The notes beneath the pieces were generated by a model. That model was not told the DNA's origin. It worked only from the letters and a program-made list of their open reading frames with translations, and ran no database searches. Of a DNA stretch of 64,000 nt, positions 40,666 through 49,194 are shown one piece after another. The stretch covers positions 22,858 to 86,857 of the forward strand of contig CAZSSJ010000001.1 in assembly GCA_964609775.1 (NCBI GenBank), read 5' to 3'. A program made the position numbers and the translations under genes. This DNA comes from an uncultured Gammaproteobacteria bacterium. GTDB taxonomy: Bacteria; Patescibacteriota; Microgenomatia; JAMCZE01. Within the stretch, counting starts at the first letter, position 1, and every line of letters starts with the position of its first letter.

Positions 40666-41074
40666 CAGGTTTGTCATTGACGCCAGCGTGGTTTTGGAAT
40701 GGGTGGAAACGAAAGAGTCGCCTCAAAAACAGAGGGCGCTTGGTCTCTATGAGCGGCTGGTGAAAGGTGAGGTGGCTTTTTCGGCGCCTTCATTTCTTCT
40801 GGTTGAGGTCATTAATGTGCTTTATTGGAAGAAAAGAAACACGGTTGAGGAGATCAGAGACTTTGTTGACCGGGTCAAGACTTCGGGGATTAATTTTGTT
40901 GACGGCGCGTTTTCAGCTGACGCCAGTGATGAGCTTCTGGATGCAGTTGGAAAGCATGAGATTACAGCCTATGACGCACAGTATGTGATTCTGGCAAAGA
41001 AGCTGGGAGTGAAGCTCCTGACGTTTGATGAGAAGTTGTTGGGGATTAAAGAAGTGGGTGCGGGGGAATGGTAG
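40655..41074 (+). CDS. vapC: PIN-domain toxin VapC
   Basis: FVIDASVVLEW..., YDAQYVILA acidic-residue pattern; 139 aa. Confidence 0.75.
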   Translation: MTVDRFVIDASVVLEWVETKESPQKQRALGLYERLVKGEVAFSAPSFLLVEVINVLYWKKRNTVEEIRDFVDRVKTSGINFVDGAFSADASDELLDAVGKHEITAYDAQYVILAKKLGVKLLTFDEKLLGIKEVGAGEW

Positions 41075-41080
41075 AGAGAC

Positions 41081-41473
41081 CTACCATATTTCCTGTGGTC
41101 CATATTCCTGGTCGAAATCTTTTTGAGCTAAGCGAACATATTTCTCTTCGGTAATCTGCCAAGAGGTGCCGTCTCCCTTTGGATCCCATTCGGTGCGTAA
41201 TAGAACAGTGTTTGGTGTGCGGGTTTTCCAGCGAGATTCGCGAATGTCCGGCCTTTTTGTTCGAACCGCTTCATCATATTCATCGTATTTTCGACCCGTT
41301 AGTCCTATTCTTTCTTGAGCTAATCGACGGCCTTCTTCAGTCCAAGGACGAAATTCAATTCTCCTTCCTTGTTGGCCAGGTCCAAAACCAAGATTTGGAT
41401 GGAGAAAATAATCAAGTTCTATTTTATCCTGCTCAAATAGAGCTTGTGTCTCCGGCGATTGATTTACGGACAT
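41081..41473 (-). CDS. Small ORFan (130 aa) behind GA-leader copy c; intact paralog of the pseudogene at 48494..48877.
   Basis: ATG abuts ...TTGACTTTTTAGGAAG(AG)6AATAAGGCC; shares GRRLAQERIGLTGRKY...RTEWDPKGD with 48494..48877. Confidence 0.55.
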   Translation of the reverse strand: MSVNQSPETQALFEQDKIELDYFLHPNLGFGPGQQGRRIEFRPWTEEGRRLAQERIGLTGRKYDEYDEAVRTKRPDIRESRWKTRTPNTVLLRTEWDPKGDGTSWQITEEKYVRLAQKDFDQEYGPQEIW

Positions 41474-41560
41474 GGCCTTATTCTCTCTCTCTCTTCCTAA
41501 AAAGTCAAATTTGGTTGGGCCGGAAAAGTGGTCGTGTCTTATTTATGCGATCGCATTTTT
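41474..41560. promoter_or_regulatory. GA-leader copy c (variant TTGACTTTTTAGGAAG) plus a partial GCGATCGC palindrome
   Basis: ggccttatt(ct)6tcctaaaaagtcaaa ... ttatgcgatcgcatttt. Confidence 0.65.
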
Positions 41561-41646
41561 AAGAAGTCAGTTGGTTGATAAGAGAAGATAGGATAAATTG
41601 ACATTATTAATTGATTCGACTATAATCGAAAAGAGGCATAAAACAT

Positions 41647-42234
41647 ATGAAGAAAATCGAACTCATTTGGCGGGAGATTCTAGAGAACGGACAGAAAGAT
41701 CCCGTTTTTGAACAGAAGGAGCTGGCGTCAAGACTGGGATTGTCCACGAGCACGGTTTTTGCGGCGCTTGAGCCATTGAGAGCAATTGGAGCGGTAACGG
41801 TTGGCGGCCGGGGGTTTCGGTTGACTAATTTTTCCAAAGTGCTCTTCTTTTGGGCGACGCATCGAAATTTGGCCAAAGATATCGTTTACAAAACGAGGGT
41901 TGATCTGCCAATGGTCGAAATTGAGGGCCTGGTTGACAACGAAACGATTTACGGGGCATATAGTGCCGGCCGCAGGCTTCTGGGGCAGGCTCCGGCTGAC
42001 TATGACAAAGTCTATCTTTATGCCTCAAAAACAGACAATTTGATCAGGAGATTTCCGAGGGCGGGGGGGGCAGCCAACGTTTTTGTCCTGCAGGCTGATC
42101 CGGGCTTGCCGGCTTTTGGCAAAATGACCCCGGTGTCGCAGACGTTTGTTGATTTGTGGAATTTGCCGGACTGGTTTGCGCAGGATTTTTTGGAGGCTTT
42201 AAAGGAGAAATTTTATGGCGGATTATTATCATGA
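41647..42234 (+). CDS. wHTH DNA-binding protein, putative antitoxin/regulator of the downstream NTase
   Basis: N-terminal KELASRLGLSTSTVFAALEPLRAIGAV wHTH; overlaps the next gene by 20 nt. Confidence 0.5.
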   Translation: MKKIELIWREILENGQKDPVFEQKELASRLGLSTSTVFAALEPLRAIGAVTVGGRGFRLTNFSKVLFFWATHRNLAKDIVYKTRVDLPMVEIEGLVDNETIYGAYSAGRRLLGQAPADYDKVYLYASKTDNLIRRFPRAGGAANVFVLQADPGLPAFGKMTPVSQTFVDLWNLPDWFAQDFLEALKEKFYGGLLS

Positions 42235-42826
42235 TTTAGTGACTGACAAGAGTTGGAAGACTTTGCAGGAACTTAAGAGCCAGGTGGATTTTGTGCTCAT
42301 CGGCGGGTGGGCGGTTTATTTATATACAAAAGCTTTGAAGTCGAAAGACATTGACATTATTGTCAATTTTGACCAACTGGACAGATTAAGGAGTCAATTT
42401 GAGGTCGTCAAAAATGAGCGGTTGAAGAAATATGAAGCGAGGCGCGAGGAAGTCCAGATTGATGTCTATTTGCCGCACTTCAGCGAAATTGGAGTGCCCA
42501 TTGAGGAGGTTGTCAAAAGGGTCGTTTCCCGGGAGACGTTTGTGGTTCCGGTGCCGGAGGCGCTTCTCATTTTGAAGCAGTTTATTTTGGGGCAGAGGGG
42601 GCTGTCGGCCAAGGGCCAAAAAGACCGACTGGACATCTTGTCGATCCTCCTTTCGGTTGAGGTGAACTTTAGGGAATATCGCAAATTAACGCAGGCGTGG
42701 GGCTTGACTTCTTTTCCTTCGGAGCTGGCGGAACTTGTTTCGACAACGGTCAGAATTCCGGAGCTATCGGTTGATGAGTATCAATGGTCGAAGGTGAAAA
42801 AGAAGGTTTTGAACTTGGTGGCTTAG
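42215..42826 (+). CDS. Minimal nucleotidyltransferase-fold protein (AbiEii/MNT-like putative toxin)
   Basis: VDFVLIGGWAVYLY...SKDIDIIV (GG...DID NTase motif). Confidence 0.55.
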   Translation: MADYYHDLVTDKSWKTLQELKSQVDFVLIGGWAVYLYTKALKSKDIDIIVNFDQLDRLRSQFEVVKNERLKKYEARREEVQIDVYLPHFSEIGVPIEEVVKRVVSRETFVVPVPEALLILKQFILGQRGLSAKGQKDRLDILSILLSVEVNFREYRKLTQAWGLTSFPSELAELVSTTVRIPELSVDEYQWSKVKKKVLNLVA

Positions 42827-42888
42827 CGTCGGGTTTTTAGTTGTCTCCCGTGTTTAGATTTGTGGTCCGAGAGCTTGAGAATATGACA

Positions 42889-43344
42889 TTAGTTTTGAGG
42901 TTGGAGCATTTTGATGAGACTGCCTAGTCTTGCTGCTTGATCTTCGCCGATCGTTGATGCAGTCTGGGCTGCACCGAGGAATTCTTCACGTAGAAATTGT
43001 CTTTCAGGGTTCCTTCCTAGGGCTACTGCGTCCTTTCCCTCTGCTGAGGCCGCGCTTTCGAGCCATTTTGCCTGGTCTATTTTCAGATAATTTATTGCTT
43101 TTTGCCTGGCAGCCGGGTCGTTGTTTTTTAATCCCGTGGCAATCTGTTCGATTACTGCGCGGCCAGCTTCGTACATGGCCCGGATTTCCCCTTGATCATC
43201 GCCCCAACCCTCGCCTGCTTTTTCAGCCGCCTCAAGCTCATGCTCAAAGTAGGTTATCGGATTAGCGTAGATTTCGTTCGATTCGGCTTCGTACCAATGA
43301 GGGAATCTGCCAGTTTGAGTTGTTTTTTCTGTTCTGTCAGCCAT
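42889..43344 (-). CDS. Small ORFan (about 151 aa from ATG at 43344; the frame is open from TTG at 43359) behind GA-leader copy d
   Basis: This is the only copy with an SD-like GGAGGT between the (AG)n tract and the ATG. Confidence 0.5.
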   Translation of the reverse strand: MADRTEKTTQTGRFPHWYEAESNEIYANPITYFEHELEAAEKAGEGWGDDQGEIRAMYEAGRAVIEQIATGLKNNDPAARQKAINYLKIDQAKWLESAASAEGKDAVALGRNPERQFLREEFLGAAQTASTIGEDQAARLGSLIKMLQPQN

Positions 43345-43400
43345 TTGAATTACCTCCAAGGTCTATTGTCTCTCTCTCTCTTCCTAAAAAGTCAAATTTT
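43345..43400. promoter_or_regulatory. GA-leader copy d (TTGACTTTTTAGGAAG(AG)6 variant with an added SD)
   Basis: ttgaattacctccaaggtctattg(tc)6ttcctaaaaagtcaaa. Confidence 0.65.
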
Positions 43401-43440
43401 GGCTTTGCGTTTTGGCTACGAAGTTGATATACTCTGAGAA

Positions 43441-43716
43441 ATGCAAACTACGCTTCTTAACTACCGAATCATTGTTGAGCCCGACAGCCAAACTGGAACA
43501 GGCAAGCTTGGATACACAGCCTATGCACCCACCTTGGGAGTGGCTGATGATGGAAAGACAATTGAAGAGGCAATTAAAAATGTTCGGGGCGCAATTGAAG
43601 CATTTGTGGAAAGTTTGATCGTTGATGGGCAACCAGTGCCAACAGACCGAGTGGAGCAAGATCTTGTGGCGACGGCACAAATTTCGGTTAACGGCCCGGT
43701 TCAATTCGCTTTTTAA
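43441..43716 (+). CDS. hicB: HicB-family antitoxin (UPF0150)
   Basis: YRIIVEPDSQTGTGKLGYTAYAPTLGVADDGKTIEEAIKNVRGAIEAF pattern. Confidence 0.7.
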   Translation: MQTTLLNYRIIVEPDSQTGTGKLGYTAYAPTLGVADDGKTIEEAIKNVRGAIEAFVESLIVDGQPVPTDRVEQDLVATAQISVNGPVQFAF

Positions 43717-43937
43717 TGCCTGAGATTCCTCAAATTAAACCTCGGAATGTGGAAAAAGTGCTACTGAAAAGAGGTTTTGTCGGCCGGACAACAAAAAGCA
43801 GTCATGTTGTTTTTGTTCATAAGGATGGCAGGCGCACAGTTGTTCCGGTTCACAATAAACCGGTGAGCACAGGAACTCTTCGGGCAATCCTTCGCCAGGC
43901 AAAGATTTCCGTGGAGGAGTTTTTGGAGGAAGTTTAA
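43716..43937 (+). CDS. hicA: HicA-family mRNA interferase toxin
   Basis: KPRNVEKVLLKRGF...SSHVVFVHKDGRRTVVPVHNK...GTLRAILRQAKIS; 73 aa. Confidence 0.75.
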   Translation: MPEIPQIKPRNVEKVLLKRGFVGRTTKSSHVVFVHKDGRRTVVPVHNKPVSTGTLRAILRQAKISVEEFLEEV

Positions 43938-44374
43938 TTGGGAGATGGGGTTTCTGGTGGACTTGAGAACTTTTCTAGTTGTTTTGCTAGAGCCCTGAAA
44001 CCTGACAAAAACCATGTCTCGCCTTCATCCTCACTTTTTTTTGGTTCGAGACCGTACTCTTCAGACATTGCGTTGACAACTCCTGAGAAGTCGTTCAGGG
44101 TCTGAGCAGTTCTGAGGGCGTCTTGCCACAACTGTATACCTTGTTCCGCTGCCGCATACATTGCTGGGTCGTCTTGTGGATCTACACGGTTCCTGATTAT
44201 TAGCTCATTATTGAGTCTTGTTTGGGCGAGCAGAATTGCATCCTGCCGAGCTTTTCGGTCGGATACCGATTTTCCAACATATCTGTTTCTAAACTCAGCT
44301 GGTAGTCTGTTTTCCAGAACTGCCCAAGCTTTCCTGGGATTAAAGTTCTCTTCAACATTATTTTTTTCTGACAT
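43934..44374 (-). CDS. Small ORFan (146 aa) behind GA-leader copy e
   Basis: ATG abuts ...(AG)10AATAAAACAA. Confidence 0.5.
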   Translation of the reverse strand: MSEKNNVEENFNPRKAWAVLENRLPAEFRNRYVGKSVSDRKARQDAILLAQTRLNNELIIRNRVDPQDDPAMYAAAEQGIQLWQDALRTAQTLNDFSGVVNAMSEEYGLEPKKSEDEGETWFLSGFRALAKQLEKFSSPPETPSPN

Positions 44375-44500
44375 TTGTTTTATTCTCTCTCTCTCTCTCT
44401 CTCTCTGCTTAATTTGTCAAGCTTGGACAATCCAGAATGGCCCAGGAGAATTTTAGGGAAAATGTTCGATGTTTTGTGATCGCGTTTTATGGAACAAAAT
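44375..44500. promoter_or_regulatory. GA-leader copy e ((CT)10) plus the GTTCGAT-GTGATCGC-ATGGAAC palindrome
   Basis: Read directly. Confidence 0.7.
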
Positions 44501-44577
44501 GTTGGGTGGGAGAACGGCGTGGATTTTGTGTCAATCTGGACGAGAGGTTTCTTGGGGCAGTAGCAGTGGTGGGGATG

Positions 44578-45612
44578 TCAGAGAAGTTTTTCCTGGCCGG
44601 CACTGACTGGCGGGGTTTTGCCGAGGTGGAAATAGGCAGCCGGAGTGGTCATCCGGCCGCGGGGGGTACGTTTGACAAAACCGATCTGCATCAGATAGGG
44701 TTCGACAACTTCTTGAAGGGTGCCGATGTCTTCAGAAAGAGTGGCGGCAAGGGTTTCCAGGCCAACCGGGCCGCCACCGAATTTGTCGATGATGGCCAGG
44801 AGAAAGCGGCGGTCGGAGTCGTCGAGGCCCAGAGGATCAACTTCCAGAATGTCCAAAGCCCTGGTGAGCATTTCGGAGGTGACGGTGCCGGTGCCATGGA
44901 CTTGAGAATAGTCGCGGACCCGTTTCAGGAGCTTGAGGGCAATTCGGGGAGTGCCCCGGGCGCGCTTGGCCAGCTCCAGAGCAGCCCCTTGGGCAATGGG
45001 CAGATCAAGCTTCACCGCGGCTTTCTTAGCAATTTCCGTCAAGTCTTCCGGACTATAAAAAGAGAGCCGGTGGGTGATGCCGAAACGGTCGCGAAGAGGG
45101 GCGGAGATTAAGCCAATGCGGGTCGTGGCGCCGACGATGGTGATGTGGGGAAGTTCCAGGCGAAGGGTTCGGGCGGAGGGACCCTTACCCACGACAATGT
45201 CGAGGGCGAAGTCCTCCATGGCCGGATAGAGCGTCTCTTCAACAACTTTGCTCAGGCGGTGAATTTCGTCAATGAAAAGAATGTCGCCCGGTTCGAGATT
45301 GGTGAGGATTGAGGCCAGATCACCGGCCCGTTCGATGGCCGGTCCGGAGGTGACGCGAATGTTGGTGCCCATTTCCCGGGCAATTAAATGGGAAAGGGTG
45401 GTTTTTCCCAAGCCCGGAGGTCCGTAGAGCAGAGTGTGCTCCATGGGTTCGGAGCGTTTTTTGGCGGCGGAAAGGCCGATTTGAAGAGATTGCTTGACTT
45501 TCTCCTGGCCGATGAATTCATCCCAGGCGGCAGCCCGAAGGGAGTTGAAAAGTTTTTCCTCGTCGGGACTTTTTTCGCTGAGGTCTTTAGATCCTGGATC
45601 GGCTTTTTTCAT
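44578..45612 (-). CDS. ruvB: Holliday junction helicase RuvB
   Basis: [22 protein letters not shown]...[10 protein letters not shown]...; 344 aa. Confidence 0.9.
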   Translation of the reverse strand: MKKADPGSKDLSEKSPDEEKLFNSLRAAAWDEFIGQEKVKQSLQIGLSAAKKRSEPMEHTLLYGPPGLGKTTLSHLIAREMGTNIRVTSGPAIERAGDLASILTNLEPGDILFIDEIHRLSKVVEETLYPAMEDFALDIVVGKGPSARTLRLELPHITIVGATTRIGLISAPLRDRFGITHRLSFYSPEDLTEIAKKAAVKLDLPIAQGAALELAKRARGTPRIALKLLKRVRDYSQVHGTGTVTSEMLTRALDILEVDPLGLDDSDRRFLLAIIDKFGGGPVGLETLAATLSEDIGTLQEVVEPYLMQIGFVKRTPRGRMTTPAAYFHLGKTPPVSAGQEKLL

Positions 45613-46181
45613 TTGAGTTTAGAGAGAGATTTTAAAGCAAAACGGATCTGGTCTTCAATGGCGATTGTTTCCGGGGGAAGGTTTTTGGTTGCTTGCCGGG
45701 CTTCGGAAGGTGAATAGCCCATGGATTCTAAAGCGTCGAGAAGTTCGGAAGTGGCGGAACCGCCCGTGAGATCGAGGTCGGAAAGGCTGCCCAGTTTGGA
45801 TTTTAATTCAATGATGATTTTCTGAGCGTTTTTTTTGCCCAGGCGGGGGACAAGGGTGAAGAAAGTCTCATCGGCTTTAATGATGGCCTGTTTAACCGGA
45901 TCAACACCTTTGTCCAGGACAAGGAGAGCGGTCCGTGGGCCAATCCCGGAGACACTAAGAAGCATTTTAAAGAGGTTTAAACCTTCGGTGTTTGGGAAGC
46001 CAAAGAGGTCAAGGGCGTCTTCGCGGACGTGGGTGTGAATGTGCAGGTCAAGCGGCTCGCCAAGGGAAAGCCTTGAGAGAATTGAGGAGGGAAGAAAGAC
46101 ATGATAGCCCACGCCGCCAACCAGAAGAGTGACAGAATCAAAGTTTTTTTGTTTAACCGAGCCTTGAAGAAAACTGATCAT
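45609..46181 (-). CDS. ruvA: Holliday junction DNA helicase subunit RuvA
   Basis: MISFLQG......GVGY.V......L.......L..H..VRED...LFGF; HhH motifs [13 protein letters not shown]. Confidence 0.85.
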   Translation of the reverse strand: MISFLQGSVKQKNFDSVTLLVGGVGYHVFLPSSILSRLSLGEPLDLHIHTHVREDALDLFGFPNTEGLNLFKMLLSVSGIGPRTALLVLDKGVDPVKQAIIKADETFFTLVPRLGKKNAQKIIIELKSKLGSLSDLDLTGGSATSELLDALESMGYSPSEARQATKNLPPETIAIEDQIRFALKSLSKLK

Positions 46182-46185
46182 TGAT

Positions 46186-46262
46186 TAATTTGAAATTTGA
46201 AATTTTAAATTTGAAATCAATTTTCAATTTAAAATGTTTCAATTTCAAAACCAGACATTTTT
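46186..46262. repeat. AT-rich ATTTGAAATTTGAAA-type repeat spacer between ruvA and ruvC
   Basis: ttaatttgaaatttgaaattttaaatttgaaatcaattttcaatttaaaatgtttcaatttcaaaa; same family as 4910..5036. Confidence 0.75.
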
Positions 46263-46274
46263 AAAACCCGTACA

Positions 46275-46763
46275 TTATTTTTGAGCGAGGCGCATTTTGT
46301 AACTAAATGAATGAGTGATGGCGACGGCCAGAGCGTCGGCGGCGTCGTCGGGCCTCGGAACGGTCTTTAAATTCAGAACTGATTTTACCATCATTTGGAT
46401 CTGATATTTATCGGCCCGGCCGTAGCCTGTCAGAGCCTGTTTAATTTGAAGAGGGGTGTAGGAATGGAGAGACAGACTTTTGAGTTGGGCGCAGAGGAGA
46501 ACAATGCCGCGAGACTGGCCGACAGCCAGAGCGGTTTTGGCGTTGGCGGCAAAAAATAGCTCCTCGACAGCCAGGGTGTGGGGGTGATGGGTGGTGATGA
46601 GTTTTTCCAGAAAGCGAAAAATGATTTCCAGACGCTCCTCTTCGGGGAGGTGGGCGGCGGTTTCCTGACAGCCGAAATCGATGAGATCAAGCCTGCCTTG
46701 ATCATCTTTAATGAGCCCCCAACCGAGGCGGGCAAAACCGGGATCAATGCCCAAAATTTTCAT
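46275..46763 (-). CDS. ruvC: Crossover junction endodeoxyribonuclease RuvC
   Basis: MKILGIDPGFARLGWGLI...AVEELFF..N..TAL.VGQSRG; 162 aa. Confidence 0.85.
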   Translation of the reverse strand: MKILGIDPGFARLGWGLIKDDQGRLDLIDFGCQETAAHLPEEERLEIIFRFLEKLITTHHPHTLAVEELFFAANAKTALAVGQSRGIVLLCAQLKSLSLHSYTPLQIKQALTGYGRADKYQIQMMVKSVLNLKTVPRPDDAADALAVAITHSFSYKMRLAQK

Positions 46764-46825
46764 AGGGCTATTATATGTCAGTTTGCAGGAAAGACCGGGC
46801 GACGGGATGAAGCAGAAGAAGTGGC

Positions 46826-47104
46826 TTAAGTTTTTAAGCAGTTGGCGTTTTGCTGGAGGGTCCTCTCACTTATTCTTGAGATTGAAGATAGGCTAGCTCC
46901 CCCTTCCGTGCTGCCGAATCCCCCACAAGAGATTGCTTCAGGACTGGTTTCCTTAAATAGGGGGCAGCTTAGGCAGTATCTTCGGAACAGCTCTGACGGA
47001 CCGAAGAATTCAGGGTCTTCATAGGACACTATTAGCAGAAAGCCGGCATAGTCACTGGTCGGGGAGTATCGTATTGTTGCTTCAGGCTGCTCGACTTCTA
47101 ACAT
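46826..47104 (-). CDS. Small ORFan (92 aa) behind GA-leader copy f
   Basis: ATG abuts ...(AG)6AATAAAGGCC. Confidence 0.45.
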   Translation of the reverse strand: MLEVEQPEATIRYSPTSDYAGFLLIVSYEDPEFFGPSELFRRYCLSCPLFKETSPEAISCGGFGSTEGGASLSSISRISERTLQQNANCLKT

Positions 47105-47210
47105 GGCCTTTATTCTCTCTCTCTCTGCTTAATTTGTCAAGTTGGGACAGTTCAATGAGTCTTTGGGGAAATGTTCCATGGAATGCGATCGCGTTTTATG
47201 GAACAGGGGG
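47105..47210. promoter_or_regulatory. GA-leader copy f ((CT)6) plus the perfect-arm palindrome GTTCCATggaatGCGATCGCgttttATGGAAC
   Basis: Read directly. Confidence 0.7.
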
Positions 47211-47291
47211 TTGATTTTTGACGGCAGTCAAAATTTGTATTGGGAACAAAATCTTATATAATCTAATATAGTCGCTATATGAGATTTAACT

Positions 47292-48365
47292 ATGGCTGAT
47301 ATTAATCGATTTGACCAGCGGCTGGAGAATTTGCCGTCAGGAATTTGGGCTAGGGTTGCCCGGATTGATGAGCTGAAGGGGAGGTTTGTGGCGGGAGCAG
47401 AGCTTGGGCCGCAAGCTTTAAAGGGGCTCCGAAGATCGGTTCTGGTGACTTCTTCCGGAGCCTCGACCCGGATTGAGGGAGCCAAACTTTCTGATGAGGA
47501 CGTGGAGAAAATGATGCGGGGCATTGATATTGTGAAGTTTGCTAACCGGGACAAACAAGAGGTCCAAGGCTACTTTGAGCTGTTACAAAATGTGTTTGCT
47601 TCCTGGGAGGATTTGAGTCTTTCAGAAGGAACGATCAAACATTTTCACCAAGAGCTTCTGAAGTACGTGGAGAAGGACAAGTTACATCGGGGAGAGTATA
47701 AGCACGACGAGAACAAAGTGGAAATGATCAACGAGGCAGGGGAGTCGGTTGGATTGTTGTTTGATACGACTCCAGCTTACCTTACACCAAAAGAAATGCT
47801 CGAGCTCGTGGAGTGGACACAAGGGGCACTTGAAGAGAAAAGATTCCACACCCTGCTCATTATTGGAAATTTCCTGGTGGAGTTTCTCAATATTCACCCG
47901 TTTACTGACGGAAACGGCCGTTTGTCACGGATCTTAACCAATGTGCTTCTTGTTAAGGCAGGCTACGCATTTATGCCTTATGTTTCACACGAGAAGCTTG
48001 TTGAGGGCAATAAGCCAGATTACTATCTGGCCTTAAGAAGTAGCCAGCGAACTTTTAAGGCACCCGGGGAGACGGTTGTTCCTTGGCTGGATTTCTTTCT
48101 CGCAGTTCTTCTTAAACAGGCGCAGACGGCAGTCGATTTACTCTCGGCGGCCACTATTGAACGGACGCTGTCAACAAAACAAATAGTTGTTTGGCAATAC
48201 CTTCAATCGAAGGAGGAGGCTACTCCGGGAGAGGTTGCCAGTCAAACGGGAGTGCCCCGGCCAACAGTTAATCAGGCCTTGGGTAAACTGGTGCGGCTCA
48301 AAATGGTTGAAAAGATTGGTTTGGGCCGGGCGACGAGATACCGGAAGCAAAGGCGAGAAATATAA
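47292..48365 (+). CDS. fic: Fic/Doc-family protein with a C-terminal winged HTH
   Basis: HPFTDGNGRLSR Fic motif; TATAAT at about 47249. Confidence 0.85.
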   Translation: MADINRFDQRLENLPSGIWARVARIDELKGRFVAGAELGPQALKGLRRSVLVTSSGASTRIEGAKLSDEDVEKMMRGIDIVKFANRDKQEVQGYFELLQNVFASWEDLSLSEGTIKHFHQELLKYVEKDKLHRGEYKHDENKVEMINEAGESVGLLFDTTPAYLTPKEMLELVEWTQGALEEKRFHTLLIIGNFLVEFLNIHPFTDGNGRLSRILTNVLLVKAGYAFMPYVSHEKLVEGNKPDYYLALRSSQRTFKAPGETVVPWLDFFLAVLLKQAQTAVDLLSAATIERTLSTKQIVVWQYLQSKEEATPGEVASQTGVPRPTVNQALGKLVRLKMVEKIGLGRATRYRKQRREI

Positions 48366-48414
48366 TCCCCTCGTGTTAGACTGATTGGGGTTCGAGTTTT
48401 GAATGAAAGCTTGG

Positions 48415-48488
48415 GGTGAGGCTTCTGATTTTTGATGAGAAGTTGTTGGGGATTAGGGATGTGACTGTGGAGAAGCTCCCGGATTGAT
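48415..48488 (+). pseudogene. 3' remnant of a second vapC (…LLIFDEKLLGIRDVTVEKLPD*)
   Basis: Matches the VapC C-terminus …LLTFDEKLLGIKEVGAGEW at 41020..41074. Confidence 0.55.
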
Positions 48489-48493
48489 CAGAG

Positions 48494-48877
48494 CTATTTA
48501 GGTTCGTGGCGGGAATATTCTTCCTCGAAGTCTTCAGGTGGGAGCCGGACATATCTTTCTTCTTTCGTCGGCCAAGTGTCGTCTCCTTTTGGATCCCATT
48601 CTGTCCGTCGCAGGACCACGTTTGGGGTGCAGGTTTCCAGAACAGACTTGCGGGCGAGGCCAAATTCTTGGTCAAAAGTTACTTCCTGGTATTTTCGGCC
48701 GGTTAGACCTATTCTTTCTTGGGCAAGTTGACGCCCTTCCGAAGTGTGAGGAGTAAAGTCCACCCACTTGCCTGCTTGGGTAGGTCCAAGTCCTAGCTCG
48801 GCGGTTAGGAACTATTCCAGGCGACCTTTGTCGTCTTTAATTTGTTGTTCATTTCTTTCTTGAGAGATTGCAGACAT
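48494..48877 (-). pseudogene. Paralog of 41081..41473 interrupted by an in-frame TAG (Tyr codon to stop) 21 codons after the leader-adjacent ATG
   Basis: MSAISQERNEQQIKDDKGRLE-TAG-FLTAELGLGPTQAGKWVDFTPH… is collinear with MSVNQSPETQALFEQDKIELDYFLHPNLGFGP…; TAG is a bona fide stop elsewhere in the window. Confidence 0.55.
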
Positions 48878-48980
48878 GGCTTTATTCTCTCCCTCTCTTC
48901 CTAAAAAGTCAAATTTGGACAGTCCGGGAGGGTTCTGGGGAAATGTTCAATGAAACGCGATCGCGAGTGTGGAACGACTG
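48878..48980. promoter_or_regulatory. GA-leader copy g (interrupted CT tract) plus the GTTCAAT-GCGATCGC-GTGGAAC palindrome
   Basis: Read directly. Confidence 0.65.
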
Positions 48981-49194
48981 TCGAACTTGGGTGGAGAGAT
49001 GAGAAAAGTGACACAAATTGCGCTAGTGTGAATTTTGTGTCAATTTGGAGTGAGTTAATTTAACCGTATTGGGGTACGGATCTGGAGGGCCATCAGGTAG
49101 GTTGCTGCGACGACCTTCCTGAGGAGTGGTCTCAGGAGGGCTGCTGGTACTGGCAGTTGGGTTTGCAAGGCGAGGGTGTAGAGTCTCTGTTTTA

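Noticed and set aside
44437-45111. 224-aa plus-strand ORF
   Set aside because: It lies entirely antisense to the well-supported ruvB gene and has no recognisable motifs, so it is a shadow ORF.
46826-47030. Possible structured ncRNA between ruvC and the Fic unit
   Set aside because: The segment is fully covered by a leader-anchored minus-strand ORF (46826..47104) and I could not identify convincing conserved RNA structure by eye.
48494-48877. Stop-codon recoding (TAG read as an amino acid) to explain the in-frame TAG
   Set aside because: TAG terminates the 5325-aa ORF and the cohesin gene at positions consistent with homolog lengths, so TAG is a genuine stop here. A nonsense pseudogene is more parsimonious.
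37636-48975. Integron cassette array (attC sites)
   Set aside because: The palindromes are only about 31 bp, whereas attC sites are typically 57-141 bp with extrahelical bases. They sit 5' of genes rather than 3'. No integrase or attI is present in the window. The idea is kept only as an analogy in the findings.
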